Below the pieces are notes generated by a model. The model saw nothing but the letters and a program-made list of their open reading frames with translations, was not told the origin of the DNA and made no database searches. 64,000 nt of DNA from Phycisphaerae bacterium (GTDB lineage: Bacteria > Planctomycetota > Phycisphaerae > SM23-33): positions 33,879-97,878 of the forward strand of contig JBKHDI010000003.1 of the NCBI GenBank assembly GCA_046541415.1, given 5' to 3'. This document shows positions 18,179-28,200 of the stretch, one piece after another. A program made the position numbers and the translations under genes. Each line of letters starts with the position of its first letter. Position 1 is the first letter of the stretch.

Positions 18179-18796
18179 ATGAAGACGACCCATTTGTACT
18201 GGCTGGCCATCTGCGCCTTGACGACCACCGCGGTGATCTTCTCGACGGGCTTGGCCCAGCAGGGCCCTGCCGCCGGCTCGGCCGGGGCCGATGTCGTGGC
18301 CGTCTGCGACGTGGTCCTGCTGTTCAAGGAATATGACAAGGCCGAGAACCAGCTGGCCGACCTGAAGAAACGCCAACGCGAAATCGAGCAGGAGAAGACC
18401 CGCCGCGAGGGCGACGTCCGCCGGATCGAAGAGTTCATGCGCAATCTCGAACCCGGCACCGAAGGCTACGAGGAACAGTACGAGCTGCTCCAGAACGAGC
18501 GGATCAAGCTGGAGCTGTTCGTTCGCTCTGCCACGGGCAAGGCGATGCGGGAACACCAGACGGCCACCCGCGACATTTACAACGAGATCCTCGATGCAAT
18601 CGAGACCATCGCCAAGTCCAAGGGCGCCTCGATCGTGATGTTCTCCTCGGGGCCCGAGGGCCTGCAGGAAGGCACGCCCCAGGAGATGCTCATGCAGATC
18701 CAGAACAAGCGCATCCTCTACGCCGCGCCCGGCAGCGACCTGACCACGGAAGTGCTGACGCTGCTGAACCGTCAGTACAAGGCACAGGGCAACTGA
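18179..18796 (+). CDS. skp: OmpH/Skp family periplasmic chaperone
   Basis: Start [21 protein letters not shown] with RBS gaggtaacaaag. The coiled-coil body ([18 protein letters not shown]...) and the conserved position between bamA and lpxD both fit Skp. Confidence 0.75.
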   Translation: MKTTHLYWLAICALTTTAVIFSTGLAQQGPAAGSAGADVVAVCDVVLLFKEYDKAENQLADLKKRQREIEQEKTRREGDVRRIEEFMRNLEPGTEGYEEQYELLQNERIKLELFVRSATGKAMREHQTATRDIYNEILDAIETIAKSKGASIVMFSSGPEGLQEGTPQEMLMQIQNKRILYAAPGSDLTTEVLTLLNRQYKAQGN

Positions 18797-18836
18797 CCGG
18801 ACCCGCAGCCCAGGCCCGACGGACCGGGCGGATGAC

Positions 18837-19880
18837 ATGAAACCTACCCGCTATACCACCCAGCAGATCGCAGACGCTATCGGCGCCCGCTGCGAAGGAC
18901 CCGGCGAGGTGGAGATCTCCGGCCCGGCCGCGATTGACGCCGCCGGGCCCGGGCAGATCACCTTCGCCGCCGACAGCCGCCGAGCCGCGGGTCTGGCTGC
19001 ATCCAAAGCCTCGGCCGCCATCGTCGCCGACGCGCCCGAATCCGCCCCGATGGTCCTGCTCCGCGTCGACGACGTCGAGGCAGCCTGGTCGAACCTGCTG
19101 GGCCTGTTCGCCCCCGAGCTGGCAGAACCGGCGGAGGGGATCGACCCCACCGCCCGCGTCGACGCTTCGGCCAAGATCGACCCGGCCGCGGCGATCGGGC
19201 AGAATGTGGTCATCGGACCCGGCGCGGTCGTCGCAGCCGGGGCGGTAATCGGCCCCAACTGCGTGCTGGAGCAGGATGCCATCATCGGCGCCGCGACTCG
19301 CCTGCATGCCGGCGTGGTCGTCCGCCACCGCTGCACGATCGGCGCAGGCTGCACGATCGGCCCCAACTGCGTCATCGGCCACGAGGGCTTCGGGTATTTC
19401 TTCCGCGACGGGGCCCACCAGCTGGTCCCGCACGTCGGCAACGTGGTGATCGAGGACAGCGTCGAGTTGGGCGCCTGCGTCTGCGTCGACCGCGCCAAGT
19501 TCGGTTCCACCCGAGTCGGGGCAGGGACAAAGGTCGACAATCTCGTCCAGATCGCCCACAATGTGCAGATCGGCGCAGGATGCCTCCTTGTCGGCCAGTG
19601 CGGCATTGCCGGCTCGGCCAGGCTGGGCGATTATGTGATCATCGGCGGATCGGCCGGGGTGCGGGACCACGTCCAGCTCGGCGACCAGGCCCGCCTGGCG
19701 GCCTACTCGGCCGCGGCTGGGGACATCCCCGCCGGCCAGACCTTCGCCGGCACGCCCGCCGCGGAGGCCAAGGAAGCCTTCCGCCAGGTCATGGCGCTGG
19801 CGAAACTGCCCGACCTGCTCAAGCAGGTCAAGAAACTGGAATCCAGGGTGAAGGCTCTTGAGTCACCAGAAGACGATTAA
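18837..19880 (+). CDS. lpxD: UDP-3-O-(3-hydroxyacyl)glucosamine N-acyltransferase
   Basis: 347 aa with an N-terminal LpxD domain ([11 protein letters not shown]) and left-handed beta-helix hexapeptide repeats. Confidence 0.9.
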   Translation: MKPTRYTTQQIADAIGARCEGPGEVEISGPAAIDAAGPGQITFAADSRRAAGLAASKASAAIVADAPESAPMVLLRVDDVEAAWSNLLGLFAPELAEPAEGIDPTARVDASAKIDPAAAIGQNVVIGPGAVVAAGAVIGPNCVLEQDAIIGAATRLHAGVVVRHRCTIGAGCTIGPNCVIGHEGFGYFFRDGAHQLVPHVGNVVIEDSVELGACVCVDRAKFGSTRVGAGTKVDNLVQIAHNVQIGAGCLLVGQCGIAGSARLGDYVIIGGSAGVRDHVQLGDQARLAAYSAAAGDIPAGQTFAGTPAAEAKEAFRQVMALAKLPDLLKQVKKLESRVKALESPEDD

Positions 19881-21168
19881 AAACCCGGTTACGATGCAGG
19901 CCCGAGGCCTGTTCAGCGGCGAGATCTGCCGGCTGACCATGAAGCCCGCCCCGGCGGGAACGGGCATCGTCTGGATCCGCAACGAGCCGACGGCCGCCGA
20001 GATTGCCACCGAAATCGGCAACCTCGCCAAGCGTGCGCGGCGGACGAGCCTGATGAACGGCCGGGCCAGTGTCGAGACGGTAGAGCACGTCCTTTCCGCC
20101 GCTGCGGGCCTGGGCGTGGATAACCTCTACGTCGAGTTGACCGCCGACGAGACGCCGTCGACCGACGGCTCGTCCCTGCCCTTTGTCCAGGCGATCCAGA
20201 ACGCCGGCATCGAAGAGCTGCCCGAAAAGAAGAACCCGCTGGTCATCACCGAGCCGATCACCATCAACGAGGGCGACAGCATGATCGCCGCCCTGCCGGG
20301 GCCCGACGATCGGCTGGATATCATGTTCGACCTGGACTACTCCAGCGTCTCGCGCTCGATCGGGCGACAGGTCTACCAGTTCAGCCTGGGCAAGGACGAC
20401 TACGTCACGCAGATCGCCCCGGCCCGGACGTTCCTGCTCAAGGCCGAGGCCGATGAATTCGTCGCCAAGGGCATGGGCAAGCACCTCTCGACCGAACAGC
20501 TGCTGGTGATGGGCGATGACGGACCGATCGACAACCAACTGCGGTTCGAGAACGAACACGTCCGCCACAAGATCTGCGACGTCATCGGCGACCTGCAACT
20601 GCTCGGGCGCCCCCTGGCCGGGCGGGTGGTCGTCTACAAGGGAGGCCACAGCCTCAACCACGCCCTGGTCCGCAGGCTGCAGGAAGAGCAGGCCGCCCGC
20701 AAACAGGCCGACGCCATGGTCGGTGAACCGGTGATGGACATCCGGCGGATCATGCGCCTCCTGCCCCACCGCTACCCGTTCCTGATGGTCGACCGCATCG
20801 TCCGCGTCGACGGCGACAAGCAGGCAATCGGGATCAAAAACGTCACGATCAACGAACCCTTCTTCCAGGGCCATTACCCCAACATGCCCATCATGCCGGG
20901 GGTGATGATCCTCGAGGCCCTCGCCCAGCTGTCAGGTATTCTGTTAAGTCGTCGGCTGGAACATACCGGCAAGGTGGCCGTGCTGCTGAGCATGGACCGG
21001 GTCAAGATGCGTCGCCCCGTACGCCCGGGCGACCAACTGATCCTCCAGGCCGATGCCGTCCACGTCCGGACGCGCACCGGCCACTGCCGTTGCAAGGCCT
21101 TCGTCGGACAGGAAACCGCCGCCGAAGCCGAAATCAAGTTCATGCTCGTAGATTCCGAGCCGGTCTGA
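19858..21168 (+). CDS. lpxC: bifunctional UDP-3-O-acyl-GlcNAc deacetylase / 3-hydroxyacyl-ACP dehydratase (LpxC-FabZ fusion)
   Basis: TTG start at 19858 gives [21 protein letters not shown], matching the LpxC N-terminal consensus (xKQRTLKN...GxGLHSG). It overlaps the lpxD 3' end by 23 nt; the alternative ATG is at 19894. The C-terminal 150 aa ([11 protein letters not shown]...[27 protein letters not shown]) is FabZ. Confidence 0.85.
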   Translation: MSHQKTIKNPVTMQARGLFSGEICRLTMKPAPAGTGIVWIRNEPTAAEIATEIGNLAKRARRTSLMNGRASVETVEHVLSAAAGLGVDNLYVELTADETPSTDGSSLPFVQAIQNAGIEELPEKKNPLVITEPITINEGDSMIAALPGPDDRLDIMFDLDYSSVSRSIGRQVYQFSLGKDDYVTQIAPARTFLLKAEADEFVAKGMGKHLSTEQLLVMGDDGPIDNQLRFENEHVRHKICDVIGDLQLLGRPLAGRVVVYKGGHSLNHALVRRLQEEQAARKQADAMVGEPVMDIRRIMRLLPHRYPFLMVDRIVRVDGDKQAIGIKNVTINEPFFQGHYPNMPIMPGVMILEALAQLSGILLSRRLEHTGKVAVLLSMDRVKMRRPVRPGDQLILQADAVHVRTRTGHCRCKAFVGQETAAEAEIKFMLVDSEPV

Positions 21169-21178
21169 AGGAACCCGG

Positions 21179-21946
21179 ATGCAAAAGCTCTCTTCCCAGT
21201 CCGAGATCGCCGATGGCGCGCAGATCGCCGAAGACGTCACCATCGGTCCGTTCTGTTACATAGGCCCCGAAGTGATCATCGAGGCCGGCTGCGCCATCGG
21301 CGCCAACGTTTCCATCGTCGGGCGAACCCGCCTGCAGGAAGGCGTGAAGGTCTCCCCCATGGCCGTGATCGGCACGACGCCGGAGGGCAACGAATCCGAC
21401 GGACAGGTGCGCATCGGGGCCGAAAACGAGATCCGCGAGCACGTGACGGTCTACGCCGGTACCGACAGCCCAACCCAGCTGGGCAAGCGCAACCTGGTGA
21501 TGATCGGCTGCCAGATCGGCGCCGGCGTGGTGATGGGCGACGAGAACATCCTGGCCAACTTCACGCAGGTCGGCGACGGCGCGTGCATCGAAGACTACGT
21601 CCGCACCAGCGGGTTCACCTTCATCGAGCCGGCCGTGCGGGTCGGCGACTACACCTTCACCGCCGGCTACTCCGATATCGACCGCGACGCGCCACCGTTT
21701 GCGATGGTCCAGGGCTGCCCGTTCCGCATCCGCGGCGTCAACAGCCACAACCTCAAACGGTGCGGCTTTACCGACGACGACATCCGCACGCTGAAGTCCG
21801 CCTTCCGCGAGATCTTCAACGGCACGGGCCTGACAGCCGACAAGTCGGCGATCCAGCGCATCCTGGCCGAGCCGCAGGTCAATCCGCACGTCCGACGCCT
21901 GATCGCCGCCGTCCAGCAGGGACGATGGGTCGGGGAGACCCGATGA
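21179..21946 (+). CDS. LpxA-family acyltransferase paralog (left-handed beta-helix), apparently lacking the catalytic His motif
   Basis: Hexapeptide repeats plus the LpxA C-terminal helical domain (GFTDDDIRTLKSAFREIF). By-eye alignment to E. coli LpxA places GCQIGAGV where NAHIAHDC sits (H122/H125), and there is no QDLKY motif. Confidence 0.7.
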   Translation: MQKLSSQSEIADGAQIAEDVTIGPFCYIGPEVIIEAGCAIGANVSIVGRTRLQEGVKVSPMAVIGTTPEGNESDGQVRIGAENEIREHVTVYAGTDSPTQLGKRNLVMIGCQIGAGVVMGDENILANFTQVGDGACIEDYVRTSGFTFIEPAVRVGDYTFTAGYSDIDRDAPPFAMVQGCPFRIRGVNSHNLKRCGFTDDDIRTLKSAFREIFNGTGLTADKSAIQRILAEPQVNPHVRRLIAAVQQGRWVGETR

Positions 21947-22815
21947 GCGATCTGCAGGTCACCCGGGAAATCGCCGAGACCGCGCAGGTCGATCCGACCG
22001 CCGAGATCGGAAGGTTCTGCTACGTCGGACCGAAGGTGACCATCGGGCCACGAACCGTCCTGCGCCGCCGCGTGACCATCGTCAACCGCACCGTCGTCGG
22101 GGCCGACAACGTCATCGAGGAAGGCTGCGTCCTGGGCGCCCTGCCCCAGGACCTGAAGTACAAGGGCACGGCCACGCTGCTGATCATCGGCGACCGCAAC
22201 CGCTTCATGCGGAACGTCACAGCCCATATCGGCACGGAGCTGGGAGGCTGCTTTACCCGCGTGGCAGACGACGTGACGCTGATGGACGGCTCGCACGTGG
22301 CCCACGACTGCTACGTCGACAACCACGCCGTGCTGGGTCGCAAGGTTCTCCTGGCCGGCCACACGCACATCCAGCAGGGCGCGGTGCTGGGCGACCTGGC
22401 CGGGGCGCACCACTTTACCACCGTCGGCCGCTACGCCAAGGTCGGGCCCCGCACGCCCGTCCGTCGCGACGTGCCCCCCTACACCCACTTTTACAGCCAA
22501 GAGTACGAATCGACCCCGCCCGCAGTGCGGGGAATTCACGATGAGGGCATTGCCGCGGCGGGCCTGACCGCCCTGGAGCAGCGCGAGCTGCGCCGCGCCC
22601 TGGGCGAGCTGTTCGAGGACGAAGCCGCCCTGGCCACGAAGATCGAACAACTGGTCAACCTGGGCATCGAGGGAGAGGTCGCCAAGTTGTGCGGCTTCTG
22701 CCAGCGGTCCCTCCAGGGCGTCTACGGACGCTACCGCGAGTTGTTCCGCAACGAAGTGCCCCCCGAAGCACTGGACCTGATGTCCCAGTACAAACCCAAC
22801 GGAGAGCAGGAATGA
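21943..22815 (+). CDS. lpxA: acyl-ACP--UDP-N-acetylglucosamine O-acyltransferase (canonical-type LpxA)
   Basis: Start MSDLQVT at 21943 (ATGA overlap with the upstream stop); the track ORF 21583 is an upstream extension. It retains QDLKYKGTATLLIIGDRNRFMRNVT, SHVAHDC (catalytic His), LLAGHTHI, AGAHHF and DVPPY, all matching E. coli LpxA. Confidence 0.75.
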   Translation: MSDLQVTREIAETAQVDPTAEIGRFCYVGPKVTIGPRTVLRRRVTIVNRTVVGADNVIEEGCVLGALPQDLKYKGTATLLIIGDRNRFMRNVTAHIGTELGGCFTRVADDVTLMDGSHVAHDCYVDNHAVLGRKVLLAGHTHIQQGAVLGDLAGAHHFTTVGRYAKVGPRTPVRRDVPPYTHFYSQEYESTPPAVRGIHDEGIAAAGLTALEQRELRRALGELFEDEAALATKIEQLVNLGIEGEVAKLCGFCQRSLQGVYGRYRELFRNEVPPEALDLMSQYKPNGEQE

Positions 22816-23864
22816 GCTTTCGAGTCGCCGTTGTCGGCATAGGACGGATGGGCAAACTCCACGCCCGCGTGCTGAGCGAAATGCCCGCCGCCGAACTGAT
22901 CGCCGTGGTCGATACCAACCAGGCCGTCGCAGAAACCGTCGCCCGCCAGAGAGACTGCATCGCGATGACCGATCCGGCCCAGGCCGTCGAAGAGGTCGAC
23001 GCCGCCATCATCGCCGTGCCGACGCTCAACCACGTCGCCGCAGCCAGGCCCTTTATCGAAGCGGGCAAACCCGTGCTGATCGAAAAGCCGTTCACCAACG
23101 ACATCCCCGCCGGCGAAGAGCTGATCGCCCTGGCTGAGAAAAACGGCACGAGCGTCCAGGTCGGTCACACCGAGCGGTTCAACCCGGCCGTGATGGCCAT
23201 GAGCAAGTACGCCATCCGACCGAAGTTCATCGAGGCCCACCGGATCAGCCCCTTCACCTTCCGCTCCGCCGACGTCGGGGTCGTGCTGGACATGATGATC
23301 CACGACATCGACCTGGTCCTCTCGATGGTCCAGGGCAGGGTCGAGAACGTCCACGCCGTCGGTGTCAACGTCATCGGCGCCCACGAAGACATCTGCAACG
23401 CCCGCCTGCAGTTCGACAATGGCTGCGTGGCCAATATCACCGCCAGCCGTCTGGCGATCAAGACCGAACGCAAGATGCGCATCTTCTCCGAGGAGGCCTA
23501 CCTCTCGGTCGACTACGCCAAGAAGGTCGGCATCGTCATCCAGAAAGACCAGAACCTCGATCTGATCCAGATGGCTCGCGACCTGGACGTCGACGACCTG
23601 GCCGAGATGGCCGGCTCGACCGACTACACCAAGCTTTTGAAGTTCGAGGAGCTGACCGTCGACGACTCGATCGAGCCGCTGCGGAAACAGGCAGAGGCTT
23701 TCCGGGAAACCGTCGTCAACGGCGCCAAGCCGGTCGTCTCGGCCAGTGCGGGCCTCGACGCCGTCCGCGTCGCCGGTCGCATCGTCGAGGAAGTCAAGAA
23801 GTACAAGTGGGACGGCCCCGCCTCGACCGGCCGCACCGGCCTGGACATCATCACCCGCGACTGA
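22812..23864 (+). CDS. Gfo/Idh/MocA family NAD-binding oxidoreductase (GnnA-like candidate)
   Basis: Start MSFRVAVVGIGRMGKLHA at 22812 (ATGA overlap with the lpxA stop); the track ORF extends upstream. It carries a Rossmann motif and the Gfo/Idh/MocA EKP motif (LIEKPF). It is the last gene of the lipid A operon. Confidence 0.7.
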   Translation: MSFRVAVVGIGRMGKLHARVLSEMPAAELIAVVDTNQAVAETVARQRDCIAMTDPAQAVEEVDAAIIAVPTLNHVAAARPFIEAGKPVLIEKPFTNDIPAGEELIALAEKNGTSVQVGHTERFNPAVMAMSKYAIRPKFIEAHRISPFTFRSADVGVVLDMMIHDIDLVLSMVQGRVENVHAVGVNVIGAHEDICNARLQFDNGCVANITASRLAIKTERKMRIFSEEAYLSVDYAKKVGIVIQKDQNLDLIQMARDLDVDDLAEMAGSTDYTKLLKFEELTVDDSIEPLRKQAEAFRETVVNGAKPVVSASAGLDAVRVAGRIVEEVKKYKWDGPASTGRTGLDIITRD

Positions 23865-23883
23865 CCCGGGCCCTACCGGCCGA

Positions 23884-25170
23884 TCAGTCCAGGTAGCGCT
23901 GGACCGCCTTGGAGATCACCACGTCCATGAACTGCTGCGACTCGGTGACCACCGCTTCCTCGTGCAGGCGGCGGTAGTATTCCTGGCGGAGACTGGCGGT
24001 TTCTTCCTGGCGGATCTTATCGGCGATGTCCTTCTGGGCGTCGAGGAAGCTGACGACCTGCCCGGCCTGGATCTTGACGGGGCTGACGATGTAGAACCCC
24101 GCGTCGGTCTCGATGATGTCGCTGAGCTCGCCCTCTGGGAGGCTGAAGGCGACCTGTTCGACCTTCCGCTCGCGCATCGAGCCTGCCGGCAGCATGGGCC
24201 AAAGGCCCCCGAACGTCGCCCGCGGGCCCTTGGAGAATTCCTTGGCCACGTCGGCGAAGTCCCGCCCTGCTTCCAGCTCGGCCTTGGCGGCGGCAATGTG
24301 CTTGCGGGCGGCTTCTTTGACGGCTTGGACGCTCGGCGCCTTGTCCGGGTCGACGAAGGCCTCGAACGGCGCGGCGATCAATCGCACCTGGATCTTCCGG
24401 TCGGTCGAGTAGTCCTCGATGTGCTGCTGGTAGTAGTCCCAGAGCTTGCGGCGGGTGACGACGACGCTGTCGGCGAACTTGGCCTGCATGTAGCTGCTGA
24501 CGATGATGCTTTTTCGCTGGCGGTCCAGAACGTAATCCAGCGTCGTGCCCTGCTCGATCAGGTCGGCTTCGAGCTTCTTCTGGCTGCCCCCCGCGTCGGC
24601 GATCATGGCCCTGCGGATCTTGTCCATCTGGGCGTCGAGCATCTGCTGCTGTTGTTCGACCATTTCCGCCTGGGCCTTGTCGAGCACCAGCGCCAGGTTG
24701 ACCTGCTGGTAGATCTCGCCCTGGATGATGCGGCTGGCCTGCTGGACGAACTGCCCGCGATTGAGGTTGTCGTCCAGCGCGGCCAACTGACCGGCTGCGC
24801 CGCGGAGGATGTCGTCGACGGTGATGAAGTGGTTGTTGATCACCAGGGCGGTCGTTGCGACGACCTGTTCGTCGCCGATCGGCTCGGTCTGGTCATCCGG
24901 GTCCCGCAGCTGGTCGCCCTCTTCGTCCGGCTTGTCGTCGGGGCCTACGGTGATGGCCTCGGGGCCCTGGTCGTCGTCCTGCGTTTCGGCTGCGCCGTCG
25001 TTGGTATCCACCTCCACGGGCTGCTGGTCGAAGGCGATCGGCTCGCCGGCCTGGCTGGGCTGGGTGACGGGCACGTCCTTCTGGCCCCGCGGCCAGATGG
25101 AGGTAATCCACCCGCATCCGGAGAGGCAGAAGCAGGTCAGAATCAGGACGCTCTTGATTGCGGCGTTCAT
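23884..25170 (-). CDS. peptidyl-prolyl cis-trans isomerase (SurA/PpiD-like, parvulin domain) lipoprotein
   Basis: Signal peptide plus lipobox LSGC. The C-terminal PpiC-type domain has GRDFADVAKEFS...GGLWPML...GFYIVSP. Confidence 0.6.
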   Translation of the reverse strand: MNAAIKSVLILTCFCLSGCGWITSIWPRGQKDVPVTQPSQAGEPIAFDQQPVEVDTNDGAAETQDDDQGPEAITVGPDDKPDEEGDQLRDPDDQTEPIGDEQVVATTALVINNHFITVDDILRGAAGQLAALDDNLNRGQFVQQASRIIQGEIYQQVNLALVLDKAQAEMVEQQQQMLDAQMDKIRRAMIADAGGSQKKLEADLIEQGTTLDYVLDRQRKSIIVSSYMQAKFADSVVVTRRKLWDYYQQHIEDYSTDRKIQVRLIAAPFEAFVDPDKAPSVQAVKEAARKHIAAAKAELEAGRDFADVAKEFSKGPRATFGGLWPMLPAGSMRERKVEQVAFSLPEGELSDIIETDAGFYIVSPVKIQAGQVVSFLDAQKDIADKIRQEETASLRQEYYRRLHEEAVVTESQQFMDVVISKAVQRYLD

Positions 25171-25235
25171 GGTCGCTCCGAGTCAGGGGCTGATGCATCG
25201 GCTGCGGGAAAAGTCGCCCGCCCAGCCGGGTGCCA

Positions 25236-28200
25236 TTATACGCGATCCCGCGCCTGCCTCAATCGCTTTAGCAGGACGATCACCAGCGTGGGCATCTCGC
25301 GGTAGGCTCCGGGCAGACGCCAATGGGCGGTGTGGTCGTCGGGCAGGCGGACGGTCCCGGCTGCGCCGTTGAAGATCCCCTCGGCCCGTTTGAAATCTCG
25401 CACAGTGAAGATCAGGTCCGGGTCCATCCGGATGATGCTCTTGACGCCCAGTGCAGCTGCGTGGATGCGGATCTCGGCCAGGTCCAGCAGGATCTCGACC
25501 TCCTCGGGCGCCTGGCCGTAGGAGTCCTTGAGATCCGCCGCCAACTGCTTGAGGGACTCTGGCGACCGGCAGGCGGAGAGGCGCCGGTAGATCTCCATCC
25601 GCAGACGTCCGATCGGCACGTAGCTGCGGGGAATGTACGACTCGATACCCAGCTCCAGGTGCACCTCGGGCCTCTTGGGGGGCTTTTCGCCCTTCATCTC
25701 GGCGACGGTCTGCTCCAGCAGCTGACAGTACAACTCGTAGCCGACCGTGGCGATGTGCCCGCTCTGCTCGGGGCCGAGTATGTTACCCGCCCCGCGGATC
25801 TCCAGGTCGCGCATGGCGATCTGGAAGCCTGCGCCCAGATCGGAGAATTCCTCGACGGCCTTGAGTCGCTTGGCCGCCTCGGGCGAGACACTTCGCGTCT
25901 CGGGCAGCAGCAGGTAGCAGTAGGCCCGGTGCTTGTAGCGTCCGACCCGCCCGCGCAGCTGGTGCAGCTGGGCCAGGCCGAACCGGTCGGCGTCGTGGAT
26001 GATCATCGTATTGGCCGAGGGAATGTCCAGGCCCGACTCGATGATCGTCGTGCAGACCAGCACGTCGATCTCGTGCTCGACGAAGCGGAGCATGGTCTGT
26101 TCGAGCTGGCCTTCGGGCATCTGCCCATGGCCGACGTCGACGCGGGCGTCGGGGACCAACTCGCGGACCCGCTGGGCGACCGACTGGATATCGCCGACGC
26201 GGTTGTGGACGAAGAACACCTGCCCCTGACGGTTCAGCTCGCGGGCGATGGCCTTGCCGATCAGCACCGGATCGTACTGTCGGACCTCGGTCTGGATGGC
26301 CCGGCGGTCCATCGGCGGGGTGGCCAGCGAAGAGATGTCCCGCAGGCCCAGCAGGGCCATGTGCATCGTCCGGGGGATGGGCGTGGCCGTCATTGTCAGC
26401 ACGTCCACTGTTGCCCGTATGCCCTTGAGGTGGTCCTTGTGTTCGACCCCGAATCGCTGTTCCTCGTCGATCACCGCCAGGCCGAGGTCCTTGAACTTCA
26501 CGTCGTTGCTCAGCAGCCGGTGTGTACCGATGAGGATGTCGATCTGCCCCTTCTTGAGGTCTTCGACGATCTGCCTCTGCTGGCCGGCTGTGCGGAAGCG
26601 GCTGATTTGCTCGATCCGGAATGGGTAATCGGCGAACCGCTCGGTGAAGGTCCGGAAGTGCTGGCTGGCCAGGACGGTTGTCGGCACGAGCACGGCCACC
26701 TGTTTGCCCGCCTCTGCGACGCGGAAGGCGGCCCGCATGGCCAGCTCGGTCTTGCCGTATCCCACGTCGCCGCAGAGCAGGCGGTCCATCGGCTGGGCCC
26801 GGGCCATGTCGGCGTCGATCTGGTCGATCGCCTCGATCTGGTCTTCGGTTTCGCTGTAGGCGAACTCGTCGGCAAACCGCCTCTGCCAGTCGGTCTCGAC
26901 CGGATAGGCCATCCCGGGCATGGCCTGGCGCATCGCCTGGATGCGAAGCATTTCGGCGGCCAGGTCGCGGACGGCCTCGGCGACCCGGGCTTTCTGCCTC
27001 GCCCAGCGGTTCGTGCCCAGCTTCGAGAGCGTGGGCCTGCGCTGCGAGGAGCCGATGTACTTCTGGACCAGGTCGATCTGGCTGGTCGGAACGTGCAGCA
27101 GGGCGTTATCGGCGAAGCGCAGGGTCAGGTATTCCTCGCTGGCCCCGTCGCGGTCGATCTGCTTGAGGCCCTCGAACCGGGCGATGCCATGGGCCACGTG
27201 GACCACGTGGTCGCCGGGGTTCAGGTCCAGCAGCGACTCCAGAGGCCTGCCCGCCCGGACGCGCCGGATCCGCCGCAGCTTGCTGTGACGATGGAACACC
27301 TCGTGATGGGCAGCGACGACCAGCTTGCCCGCCGGAAAGTGGAACCCGCCGCTGATCCCCCCGTCGGCGGTATGCAGCCGCCCGAGAAGCTCCGGGTGTT
27401 TCTGTTCGAGAAGCTGATTGAAGCGTTCTGCCTGGGCGGTATTCTCGCACTGGACCCAGACGGTCGCGTGCTCGGCCAGTTCGCCCATCTCGGCCATCGC
27501 CTCGTGCGTGTTGGTCGAGAGCTTCTGCAGCGATCGCATCTCCAGGTCGATCGCCTTCTCGCTGTCGGGCCCGAAGGCCGCAGCCCGAACCCAGGCGAAG
27601 GGCTCCAGCGCCGCGAAGATGCGCTGCGGCGGCTGAAGGGCGGTGCCGGCCTGATAGTCCAGTTGCGCAGCCCGCTGGTGCATCTGCCCGGCCAGCTCGT
27701 GGATCTCCTCGTACTCGTTCCAGAAGATGATCGCGTCTTGAGGCAGGTAATCGGCCAGCGTGGCCGGGGCCTGGGCGGAGGTTTCCATCCCGGCTGCGGC
27801 GGAGGTAATCGCAATGCCGTCCAGCTGCTCGACGCTGCGCTGGGTGTCCAGGTCGATCCGGCGGATGGAGTCGATTTCGTCGCCGAAGAATTCCATTCGC
27901 ACCGGTGCCGAGGTGCCCACAGCCAGCAGATCGAGTATCCCTCCGCGTCGGGCGAAGTCGCCCTGCTGTTCGACCTGGTCGACCTGCTGGTAGCCATGGT
28001 CGACCAGCCAGGCGGCCAGGGCGTCGGGGTCGTGGACCTCGCCGCGGGCCAGCTGCAGTTGAGCGCGGGCCAGGCTGTCCGGGTCGGGCAGGGGCTGAAG
28101 CAGGGCCATGACCGGCGCGACGATCAGGTCCGCCGGCTCGTCGCGTTTGCCCGGGCTGGTCGACAGATCATTGGCCAGGCGGATTCGCTGGGCGGCAATC

